Assembly (NCBI GenBank): GCA_023231475.1
Contig: JALJEE010001852.1
Span: 54,153-74,152 of the forward strand
Direction: 5' to 3'
Source: Seison nebaliae
Taxonomy: Eukaryota
Length of the DNA: 20,000 nt
Below are positions 1-11,600 of the stretch, one piece after another. The notes under the pieces are model-generated. The model was not told the origin of the DNA, did no database searches, and saw nothing but the letters and a program-made list of their open reading frames with translations. A program made the translations under genes and the position numbers. Numbering within the stretch: position 1 is the first letter of the stretch; every line of letters starts with the position of its first letter.

Positions 1-1404
1 TCATTACAAACAACAACACTCGAATTCAAATCCATCCAAGATGTTTATTGTTCGATAAAAAGTTTTATGAGAAATTCTCTATTTAATGTAACAAATCAAA
101 CTACTCTCCAAACTCTCCTTCACACACTCAAAAGAATCATCAACGAAATAATAATATATCGATCGAATAATGTGATGGAAATTGATCCGTTGTCTTTCAT
201 TAATAATTTACATTTGACGGCAAATATATCGATCGAGAAAATTGTCAATTCATTGGAGATTGAAAGATTTTGCAATTTGAAACAATTGGAAAGTGATGAC
301 GATGTAACAAGTTCAACTTATCGTATCGGAACAAAATGGAGGAAAACAAAAGATTTTATAAGGAATCTTCTCACCGTTTCTGATGGAGAATCCAAATTAA
401 TTTTCTCAAATAATTTCAAACAAATTCAATTATTTCATTTAAATTCTTCCAGTTTGCTCGTGAATGAGGTGTTGGAATGTTCTCATAAACTTCTCCTCAT
501 CGGCGGAACGATGCAACCGTTTGATGAATTCAAATATCGATTATTCTCCTCAATTGATCAAGTAAAATGTAAATCGAAATTTAAATATTTTTATGAAGCT
601 CTTTCGAATAAATATCATAAAGGAAATGAAATGAAACGTTTTGATGAATTGGAGAAATATGAAGAAATCTTCCACTTTCATTGTCATCATATCATCGAAC
701 GTGATCAATTATCGATGATTCTTTTAGACGATCCGAAAATTTCTTTCACTAAAATTGAGAAAACGAACCAAATTAATTTCCTGCTCAATTCCATTTTTTT
801 GTTGTTGAAACAAATGGATGAATTAAAGGAAAATGAAATGATCGCAAACGGAGGAATTGTCATGTTTTTCACTTCTTATGATTTCCTTGAAACTTTCGAG
901 AATTATTTGAAGAAAAAGAATCATCAATTCCATCGTGAGATATTTGTGGAGAGAAGTCGAATGAAGAATGACTTGAGTAAACAGACGAGAAACTCGATTT
1001 ATCTTCTCGTTCTAAACGGTAAATTCAGTGAGGGAATAAATTTCAATGATGATTTATGTCGAATTCTGATTATTGTCGGAATGCCTTATGCCAATATTCA
1101 CAATAACAAAATATTCGAATGTCGATTAAATTATTTGAATCGAATTTCGAAAGATAGTCGAGAAAATTTCGATTATTATCAAACGAATTGTTGGAGAATT
1201 ATCAATCAGAGTATCGGTCGATCTATCCGACATCGGTTCGATAAAAGTATTTGTATTCTCTTCGATCATCGTTATTCTATGCTCAAACAACGATCATATA
1301 TATCTGAATGGATTCGGGAGAACCATCAAATTATCACTTGTAAAGACAATGAAACGATTATTGAGAAAATTAAACATTTTTATCATGCTCAACTCGAATT
1401 ATGA
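1..1404 (+). CDS. DDX11: DDX11/ChlR1/Chl1 Fe-S DNA helicase (XPD family), C-terminal part; 5'-partial, frame open back to window position 1
   Basis: Frame 1 has no stop from 1 to TGA 1402-1404. Motif III LLIGGTMQP (GGTMQP is typical of DDX11/Chl1), motif IV GGIVMFFTSYDFL, motif V GKFSEGINFNDDLCRILIIVGMPYAN and motif VI INQSIGRSIRH..D....LFDHRY all match DDX11 HD2 as recalled. Confidence 0.9.
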   Translation, partial: SLQTTTLEFKSIQDVYCSIKSFMRNSLFNVTNQTTLQTLLHTLKRIINEIIIYRSNNVMEIDPLSFINNLHLTANISIEKIVNSLEIERFCNLKQLESDDDVTSSTYRIGTKWRKTKDFIRNLLTVSDGESKLIFSNNFKQIQLFHLNSSSLLVNEVLECSHKLLLIGGTMQPFDEFKYRLFSSIDQVKCKSKFKYFYEALSNKYHKGNEMKRFDELEKYEEIFHFHCHHIIERDQLSMILLDDPKISFTKIEKTNQINFLLNSIFLLLKQMDELKENEMIANGGIVMFFTSYDFLETFENYLKKKNHQFHREIFVERSRMKNDLSKQTRNSIYLLVLNGKFSEGINFNDDLCRILIIVGMPYANIHNNKIFECRLNYLNRISKDSRENFDYYQTNCWRIINQSIGRSIRHRFDKSICILFDHRYSMLKQRSYISEWIRENHQIITCKDNETIIEKIKHFYHAQLEL

Positions 1405-1428
1405 AAATTAATGCAATTTCTCACAAAA

Positions 1429-1441
1429 TTTATTTAATAAA
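1429..1441. promoter_or_regulatory. Back-to-back candidate polyadenylation signals (TTTATT-T-AATAAA) between convergent genes
   Basis: AATAAA on + at 1436-1441, 31 nt after the DDX11 stop, and AATAAA on - at 1429-1434. Further minus-strand AATAAA at 1568-1573 and 1622-1627. Such hexamers are common in AT-rich DNA. Confidence 0.35.
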
Positions 1442-1625
1442 CTTATCAGAAAACTTAAATCACATATCCGTTTAAATGACTAATCACAATTTCAGATGAT
1501 GACATATCATTAATATATGATATCTTCCTAAATCTTTTGAAGATAAACTCAATTTTGATAGAGAAATTTTATTCGTAAAACTTAAAAAAATAGGATTGAA
1601 TAAAACTTAAATTATCAGAAATTTA

Positions 1626-2659
1626 TTAAATTCGATTGGAAATTAATCCATTTTGACGATTTTGCACCGTGTATTCTTTGTGCCAATGGAACAAATCGAA
1701 AAGATGACCAGCCTTACTCCGATCGTAGTTACTGCGGGCTGAAGCGAAACGTACTCTCGGCACATATGAATGAGCAACATTCGCTTTTCCATATTGATGG
1801 ATCGTCTTATTCATTGCATCACCTTGATCCAATACGAAATTCGGTTTTCCCCATTCAGATACAGCTGGTGCTGGGGATGATTCCCTTTTTAATTTTCCAT
1901 ATGAATGTACCAGACGATTGATAGATGCGCCTTGGTGTTTCTCGAAATTATTCCTGGCTTCTGGTTTCACTCGTCGGATAATGAGTGGAGATTGAAATTG
2001 TTCGTTATGTGGTTTTGGTGGATAATCGGAATTCCTCAATATATTCCTCATTGCACCACTATCTAAAATGAGCAAGAAAAAAAAGGGAATCAATTTTCAG
2101 TTACTAAATAAACTCTCAAATTGTTTTAATAATAAAGTTTTAGAAAGTTTCAATTTTAAAAGGAAAACACTTTTAGAAAGTTTCAATTATAGAAAAAATT
2201 TTTGAAAAGTTTCAAATTATTGAAGAAAAAATTTTTGGAAACTTTCAAAATGTTTAAAGGAATTTAAAAATTATTTTCGATGGACAGAAAAAATAAGAAA
2301 TTAAAATTATTTATAACGTCTGTCATTCTGATAGTTATCGAGAGCGGCATTCGTTCTTACGTTCGGCGGTTTAGGTGGTAGTCTCATGTTCAAGTTTGCT
2401 TTCTGATCGAAATATAATTTCATCGTTCCCCTCTTTGACCTTTCCATAAACTCAACACCTTTATATCTGACCTTTGGAGTTGGTGCTAAATTGCTAAAGA
2501 AATTTTATAAAGATTGATAAATATAAATAGAAATTGGAGAAAAACAGAAATGTAATGAAAGAATTTTGGAAAGAAATTTAACGCTAATTCCATTGATTCA
2601 CTGTCATGAATGATGGGATTGCGAGAACGCAGTTCACAGGCAGATGCTGCTCGCCACAT
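1626..2659 (-). CDS. Uncharacterised 229-aa protein with about 5 internal 30-35-aa repeats; 3 exons: 2659-2583, 2493-2318, 2062-1626
   Basis: Manual splicing keeps the frame: MWRAASACELRSRNPIIHDSESMEL-A(gc|c)-NLAPTPKVRY...NYQNDR-H(c|at)-SGAMRNILRN...ISNRI*. Introns 2582-2494 (89 nt, GTTAAA...TTTAG) and 2317-2063 (255 nt, GTTATA...TTTTAG) have pyrimidine-rich acceptors. The repeat motif runs across the exon 2/3 junction. Confidence 0.75.
2138..2250. repeat. Degenerate intronic minisatellite, about 4 copies of TTTTAGAAAGTTTCAATT at a period near 32 bp
   Basis: Copies near 2138, 2171, 2200 and 2232 inside intron 2063-2317. Confidence 0.7.
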
Positions 2660-4089
2660 TCTATTGTTATTCGGATAATAAGAGAAACATTTGTTCTGTC
2701 TCCTAGTAATAGAGTCGAATGGAATTTTTCTTTTACTTTAAACTTGAATATTTTCAGAATGAATCATTTTCAGACTACTTAACAACAACATGAGTTGGTC
2801 GCATTCCGATGTTCGTCACCTGAATAAACATTTATTATTTTCTCAACAACTTCTTTTTTTGTTTTTTCATTATATTATTGACTGTTTTTTTTCAAAAAAA
2901 AATCATAATTTCAAAAATTGTTGAAAGTTTTAAGCAGAAAACAGAATAGGAAATTGAAATAGAATATTTATTGAATTGGACGATTTTTAGGAAGAAGTTA
3001 AATAACTTGAAATTAGAGATAAGAATTAGAAAAAAATTTATAATTCTTATTTTTCTACATTTACTTTGTTTCATTTTCGATTGTATGACCGTGTCTGTTT
3101 GAGGAACAAGAAGTAGAAATAGTTTAGATTGTTCATTCCAAATTATGAGAATATCTCACTAATCTCTCGGCGAACAATATAAAAGATATGATGAACATGA
3201 GTATGATGCCGAAGACTGCTGTTACAATTATTGCCATTCTGAAATTCGTTTTTATTCTATTGTTGACAATGGCGACGTTGACGGGAACAATAATTTGGAG
3301 TTTTATGCTGATCATATCGACATTCCGATTAATTTTCAAAGGTGATCATACACTAGATATTCTCGGTCCTTAACACAAACATATAGAATAGGAGGAAGAA
3401 AAATAAAGTTAAAATTCTGATAAAAGATCATTTAATTTTTAAGTGTCATCTATAAAAGTTTTGGGAGAGTTTCAATTCCATTTCAATTACATGAAAGTTT
3501 ATTTATTCCTTCTCAATCGTCATTCTAATTTCAGTTATTTTACCTACATACTAACCGTTTATCAGTTAGTTAAATAAATTGTATGATAGTTATTAATTTC
3601 AGTTGGTATATTGATCGAGCTGGGAATATATTGAATATTTTTGTAGGAAAATAATTATAATTATTCACTCATATTATTATTTAAGTTTATTTTATTATTT
3701 TATATATATTTTTAATTAAAGAAATGTAAATATATTGACTATTGGAGAAGAAGACGTAATATTTGACAGTTTATTTGCTCGTCTCTCATCGAGTAGATGA
3801 AGAGAAATTAATGGAATAATATAAATGAAATTAATAAGAAAAGTGAGGGAATTGTGGTTATGATTAGTTGATGGTGAGTAGTGAAATGAAAATGAGATTG
3901 ATCTTTGAGATCGATATAAAAAGGATGAAAATAACAGAATTCTCTTGATCGATTATAAAGAAGAAATGAGGAGTATTCGTTTAGAAATACAATTCATCAC
4001 ATGGCTGATAAGACGATCGGAGAGAGTGTGTCCAATTGTGTAAATTGTAAAATTCTATTAAACTTAAAGTGGTTCGTGAATGTTGATGA

Positions 4090-7000
4090 TCATTTCGTGG
4101 AAATTGTTGCAGCTGATGTATTGGGAATGGAATTATTGGCAGTAGTCGTTAAGACGGTTGGCGGTTCAATTGACGATTTGATATCATGAGTTAATATGAG
4201 ATTAGTGGAAGATGTGAGAAGGGATTCCGTTCTGAAAGGTGTGGTCGTCGATAAAGGTTTCGATATGAGACGTTTCATATTATAAGAATTATATGAAATT
4301 TGTTTAGTGATGGAAATGTCTTCCTTTCTCATATCTATCATTATCGCTTCTTTCGATAATTTTGATTGTTTTTGATCATGTGCAAATTTTTGTATTGGAG
4401 CTGATTGTCGATATTTCATTTGTTCATCAATTATTGTTGTTGTTGTTGTGGTTGTTGATGATGATTTATTATTAATATTTGTTCCAAAAGATGATGATGA
4501 TGAATTAAATGTCGTTCCGTCAGCCATTGTGGTATTAGTGAGGAGGGAACGATTGATGATATTGCGGAGTGCTCGAATCCATTGAAATTTAATATCAATT
4601 GTTGACGCTTTAATGACACATCGATAGTCTAATGAATTCGGTTTAGTGTATGGAGCCCAAATGGCAAATTTACATTTGTCACCACCTTCAATATGTTCCG
4701 TTATACCGAGATCTTGTGTCAATAAATGATATTTATAAACATATCTCAATTGTTGTGATTTCGAACTAATCGGTTCCGAATTATTCGTCCAATTCATTTG
4801 ATTCGAAGACGACGAATTGTTATTGTTGTTGATTGTAGTATTGTTGTGGTTTGGAATTGTTGTGGATGAGGATGAAATAGATGAAATGGATGAATTGTGA
4901 TCATTTGATGAATGTCGATTATTCGATGTATTTCCATCATCTAATGACAAATCATGAATTGGGAGATCTTTCTCTCGAACTTCCTTCGCTATAATCAAAC
5001 AAGAATCGAAAAGAAATAATCGTCTTTCTTTCGTACGTTTTGGTAATAATATACTGGGAATTCGAGTACTTGTCGTTTTTGGATTATTATATGTATGTTG
5101 TTGTTGTTGTTGTTGTTGTTCGTCTTCTTTTGATCGATTTTCAAATTTCTCTTGATTGATGATGGATGTATTAGATGAATTGGATTGTTGAGAAGAATAT
5201 TTATATTTATTTGTCGACTTTGAATGATTCATCGAATAATTATTCGTCGTTTCCCAAATGACGAAAGCTTCTTGCAAAATAACGTCATGGAGCATTTCTC
5301 TGATGAGATATTGATCGAAATGTGTCAAATAAGAGAAATGAATTGCATCATTCGCTTTTCTTGGTACGTCCATCATCACTTTCAATCCTTCTTCAATTTC
5401 TGTTCCAATAAATGTTTCTTGATTATTCTCATCTTCTCCAATGTTCGACTGATTGAGATTATTCAATGTAGTCGATTGTAAAGTTCCTGTTGTTGATGTT
5501 GACGATCCATTACCACTACCGCCACCACTACCACCACCAGCTGCTGAAGCTACATGTCTCAATTTAGAAATGATCATATCAGTCGTCGTCAATTTACTTT
5601 TCATAGAGAATGGAGTGAGAGCAGATGTCGTTGTAGTCGTTGTTGTTGTGGTAGTGTTGGTGATGGAATTGAATTGATTAGAGAGAGTGTTGGAATTGGT
5701 GGTTGTTGATTGGGAGGAGATGGAGAGAATGGATGGTTTAGGAAGTGACGAACATTTCAATGATTTTCCAACATTCACTCGACACGTATTGAGCAGTTCA
5801 CGTAGAAGTAATTGATATTTAGTTATCCGTTGAACCGGTTTGATTAACATGGAACTGATGGAATCATTTAATTCGAAATTGTGTTGAAGAGAAAGAAAAA
5901 AATCATTCAATTGATGATTAGCTTGAATGAGAGACATCGATTCAGTTTTCGTTCGACAATATTCCACGTACATTCGGAAATTATGTGACCAGGTAACGAA
6001 ACAATGACCAACGTCCTCAGGAAATTTAGAATATTTATGAAGTTCCTGAAGGAAAGTTTTCTGATGGAAATCATAAATTTCTTGAAGATTACTAAATATT
6101 TCTTTATCCTTATTGAGGAGATATGGTGGAAGAGATGGTAATGACTTCATTACATTCTCCATTTTTCCTTTACCGTTTTGATGGTCTCCATTAGACGCAG
6201 AACGATAATTAGCACAATAATAATCGAGACAAGTACGAAGATCTTTCACATAAATCTCTTCAGTTGTCAACAATTCTTTAAAAATCATTTCTCGTCGACG
6301 ATTCAATCGTTCATTCTCCGGATGTTCACAAGTGAACAAATATTGACAGACTTTTTTATTCGAAATTAATTCCGTTTGTCCATCTACCGATTCATTAAAT
6401 GTCTCCTCCATTTTCTTCCATTTCTCCACATTACCATTGTTCATAGTAGTCGATTGAATGATGGATGAAACGATCGTTGATGATGACGTATTAAAATTTT
6501 TCGATTGATCATTTTCCGTCGAAATTCCGTTTGATGTCGACGTAGAAACTGATGTGTTATTAGTTGTGGTGGCAATGGTGGTAGTAGTAGTAGTAGTGAT
6601 TGGTGATCGAGAAAGAAGATTAATAATATTATTAATATCCTCATCATTCTGATCAGATGATGATGGATTATCATCGTCATATTCGAATAAAATCGAATTA
6701 ATTCGTTGACCATAATTATGGAAACGAGAGAGAAATGCTCGATATGATTTCAATAACATATCACTCAATTCACAAATATGTCTCCCATACAAATGTGGCG
6801 GTGGTTGTTGTTGTTGTTGTTGTTGATTATATTTCAAATTGTGTTCAATTGAATCGCTAATTTGTCTCAATTCTTTCACGACGTTTGTCTGTTCAAATAT
6901 TTTACATTTCAATTCGACGAGATGTCTACGAAGATTTTGAAGTGATTTCTCATGATTCGTTTTCTCATTATCAGCTAATTCATCGATCTTCTTCTGTTTA

Positions 7001-8633
7001 TTGAGTGTGGCCACTAACATCGTCAATTGTTTACTACTAAAATATTCGTTTTCTTGTTGTTCTGTCCAATGCATGATCTGTTGAGCTGCACTGTCATAAA
7101 CGACAAGATGGAGAAGATCTCGAAGTGAATGCATTTTTCGATTCCATAAGATGGAAAGATCGTCTTCTATCTTCTTTAATTTGAGACATTCGTCATCAAT
7201 CGATTGAGTCCATTTCGATGACAACAATTTCCTCTCACTTAAATTCAATGTGGTAATATTTAATGTGACACGTTCAATATATCGAAGACATGTGTCACTT
7301 AATCGTTTGATGAAATGAAATTTATTTCGAATTGTTTCCTTCTCTTCTTTCAATTCATCTAAATATTCATTCAATAATTTCTCTTTTTCTACACTCTCAT
7401 TATCCTGATGATTCTGATTATCAGATAATCGATTCAATAACGATTTCTTCGCCTCCTCATTAATATGATGATACCAATCGAAATGATTTTGATTCATCGA
7501 TTCATTAATCTTCTGGAAACATTTCAATTCAATCTCTTCCAACGACAAATAGAATTGTGTAGTCGCTTCAAACATTTTATAACGATCATCAATGAGATGA
7601 TAAATAATCTGCCATTGACGTCCCAATTCCACCAACTCCTCCTCCAACAAACACTTCTCACGTCGCATCTGTTCATGTTGACAAGTGAAATCTGTTTTGA
7701 GATGTTGTTGTTGTTGACAATAGGCGAAATAGAGATGATTTAATCGCGTCTGCATCGAATGGAGAAGATGTTTCAATCGTTTCAATTCATTTAATAATGG
7801 TAAATTATCGTTGAAGAATCGTCGCGATTCATCAATAGTTCGTGGAAATTGATATACTAATTGATTCTTCGTTGTTAATAACCATTGATCAATCGTCACT
7901 TTCTCATTCATCATTTGCTCTACACAAATACTATATTCCAAATGAAGACGATGTGATCGAGTTAATCGATTTAAACGTTCCTCTTCTTTCTGAAGACGAT
8001 GAATCACTTCTTTTACATATATATGTGCTGCCATATCCTTCCACGATAACCGTCGTGATTGATAATGAAATTTCGATTGTAAATCTTGATTAGATATTTG
8101 ATAATTCTGTTGTTGTTGTTGTTGTTGTTGTTGTTGTCGATGGAAAATGGGAATTTTTAATAAATTATTCGAATCTTTTTTCATGTGTGTGTAAAGCCAA
8201 TTGTAAGCGGATAATGAGATTGGTAGACGGATGGATGAACGAATAATTGTCAATCGTTCAAGATCAATCGATTGAATCATTGATGAATTCAATAGTTGAC
8301 CATCTTTCAATAAGTTGAGTGGATCATTTAACAGAAGGAAATTTAATGAAATTTTCGATCGAAACGAATTCCACAACGACATGTCGTCATTGATGGTGAA
8401 CAAATATTTATCAATCGGGGACGACAACATCGAATCATTATTCATCGAATGATGGTGAGGAGATGGTTCTGATGGTTTTTGATTTGAGATATTCGATAAT
8501 AATTGATTATCTATCGTCTTCATCGTCGTCGTCACATTCTCCGTCATCGAACTATTCGTTGTAATTGTTAAAATATAATTCTTTCCATTTGGTGGCAACG
8601 AATCATTTGTTGTTGTTGTTGTTGTTGTTGTTG

Positions 8634-8666
<33 letters not shown>

Positions 8667-11600
8667 ATGTTGATGGAATTTTCATTTTTTCATATTCATT
8701 CGATGAAATACTGATAGAAGAATCGGCATCACTAATAACAGAATGACGATAGAGATGATGAGATTCATCATTGTTGTTATTGTTGTTGTTCGTATTTTCG
8801 TGACGTGATTGAAATGAATTATTTTTCAATTTTAACAATTGTTCTAATGGTTCGCGGAAACGATGAAAAACGAATTTTAACGGAAATTTTCTTTTCGATT
8901 CAATATCATTCAATAATTCTTCTTCATTGAAACTGACAATGAAGATGATGGTAGAGACGATGGTATTGATATGTGACATGACGGTTGACGACGCCATAAA
9001 TATATTTAACATCATCTTCTTTATCTCATTTTCGATAAGTGAGAGATGTTGAAGAATTTCACTATTCTTCTCTCCCATCAACTTCCTCTCACAATGAGCG
9101 AGAAAATCTGTCGTCGTTTTCTCCGTTTGTCGTTGTTGTTGTTGCTGTTGTTGATATGAGAGAGAATTGAGACAATCATTCCATGTGAAGAAATTAGTGA
9201 GGAGTTTCGTTATCGACATTTCCAATTCACGAATAAGAAGAATTAATTGAATTCTCGATAATTTTAATTTGAGTGATGGTTGAAGAATATAATATGCTAA
9301 TTGTAATTGTTTCAAATCATATCGAATTTTCTCTAATGTACATTCATCATTTGTCGTATCGGAAATCATTTGTATGAAGGAATGACCTTCCTCAATTGTA
9401 CGAGAGAATCCATCATTAATCTCGTTCATATCATGAAGGAACAATTCAAATAATTCTTTCGCAACATCCACATCCAGAACCGTCACATCTAATTGAGGAA
9501 ATTGGAGATCATCCAAATCATTCAACCATGAATGAAGTTCCTGCGAATGAGTATGATATGTCAATGACAATGTCAATGATTGATGTCTTCGATCAACTTT
9601 GAAGATAAATGATCGAATTAATTCTCTCAATTCATTCGCTTTCTTTTCAATGATACGAACAGCAAAATTGAAAACATTCGAATTCTCATTCTTTTGAATG
9701 AAACTTCCACCATTCTTCTTCTCATTCGAAGTGGTAGTGGTAGTGGTAGTGGTGGTGGTGGTGTTGATGATGGTGGAAAAATTATCATTTCCATTCGTAT
9801 TCATTAATGATTGTATGTTTGATAATGATGATGATGATGATGATGAAACAATTGTTGTTGTTGTTGTTGTTGTTGTTGTTATTGGAGATGTCGAAGTTGA
9901 AATGAAACAATTTTTTGGTGTCGTTGAAAATTGTGATTGGGAAAAAACGGAAGAATTAGGACGAGATGATTTTGGTGAAATATAATTTTGTTGTTGTTGT
10001 TGTTGATGGTGGTGATGATATTGATGATGATGGAATTTTTGATGATTCTTCTCCAAATGTTGTTGAGAGTTGCCACTCGTATGAAATGGAGATGAGGATA
10101 AGGAAATGTTGTTGAGATAATCGATATTCATATTAATCGTCGTCCACGATGATGTTAACATCAATTTCTCCAAATCTGCTTGTTGATGATATTGTGAGAT
10201 GTTCTTCTGATTTTCTACGTTATTCGTTATTTTGTTGATGGAATCGTCGATTTGATTGATCGTCTCATAATCATTTGAATCGTTCATCGTTTTCGATGAT
10301 TCGTCGCACTTGGATGGTTTGAAGATCGTTCCTGAAATAGGAAATTCTCTCGCCGATTGTAATAATTTGTCAGTGTTATGAATAGTTGCTTTTAGTACTT
10401 GTTCAAATTCGATGTGCACTTGTTGCAATTGACGAGCCTCATCCACATTACTTCCATAATTTGAATATTTCTCGAGAAATCCTTCACCATGTTTCGTGAG
10501 CCACTCCAAAATTTGTTCAACGTCAATCGAGTACATGATGATGCAGATCTTTTGTACAAGGACTAGTCGTTTCCTCTGCCATAACTCCTCAAGAGTTCGA
10601 TGATGTTCCAAAATCTCGTGCACAACATTGAGAATGAACATCGCCGATTGTCGGAAACGTTTCCGTCTCAGTGACATTAATTCGTCATAAGTCTCATTGA
10701 AATTCTCGTTTAGTTTCTCGTTATCTCTCACTCCTGACGAATTACCATTCGCTGTTGTGGATGATGTGGAGGATGAGCATGAAGGAATTTGGAGGATACT
10801 CGTTCGTCCAATTCCTGATGACGACGGCGATGACGATGATGCACACGATTGTTTATTAGACAATTCATCAAACGGTTGATGATGTGATGGAGTGAGAGCA
10901 GAAATTATTTGTGTATTCATCAAAGCAATTTGTATCGAATTATTCTTGTTGTTGTTGTTGTTATGATTTAATTGTCGTAATTTCAAAAATAATGATTGAA
11001 AAATGATACTGATATCGATGAGATCATTCAATTTCTGTTCTTTCTCTTTCCAACACAATAATGAAGCGACAGAATAATGTGAAGAGAGAGTAGTATCACC
11101 AGAATCGATGGAATGATTCGAAGCAAAATAGAAGGAATTATCTGCGAGGAATTTGAGAGCGATTTCTTCATCTTCGATCTCTTTGTCGATTGGATCATGT
11201 AGAATCTCCAATAATTGTTTACCTTCGTTACAGATGTCCGTGTAGATTTGTGAGATATGATCAGAAAGTGAATAATGAAGTCTCAACATATCATGAAGTC
11301 GATTCAAATCGGATGGTAATTCATCTAATAAATTCATTTCATATTCTTCCATCGAATTGGATGGTGAAGGACAGAGACTAATCAATTCTTTCAACGATGT
11401 CGTTAAACTCTCATTCTCCTTAATCATACAATCCTCTTTCCATTGACCAACTTTTTCGATATACATCGTCGCTTTCTTATGAAATTTCCGTGTTGATTGT
11501 AACATCAATCGACGACGACAAACGAGTGAATTGATGAAATATTCCCATTCCAATCTAGTGAGATTCATATGCTCCGATAAATGTTGAATTGCCAATGTCA

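Noticed and set aside
2063..2093. Signal-peptide-like N-terminus MIPFFFLLIL of ORF 1626-2093
   Set aside because: It is the translated polypyrimidine tract and acceptor of intron 2317-2063.
2820..2890. Minus-strand acceptor TTTATTCAG at 2820 as a 5'UTR intron end or trans-splice site
   Set aside because: There is no reading-frame constraint to test it and no unambiguous donor, so it cannot be supported from sequence alone.
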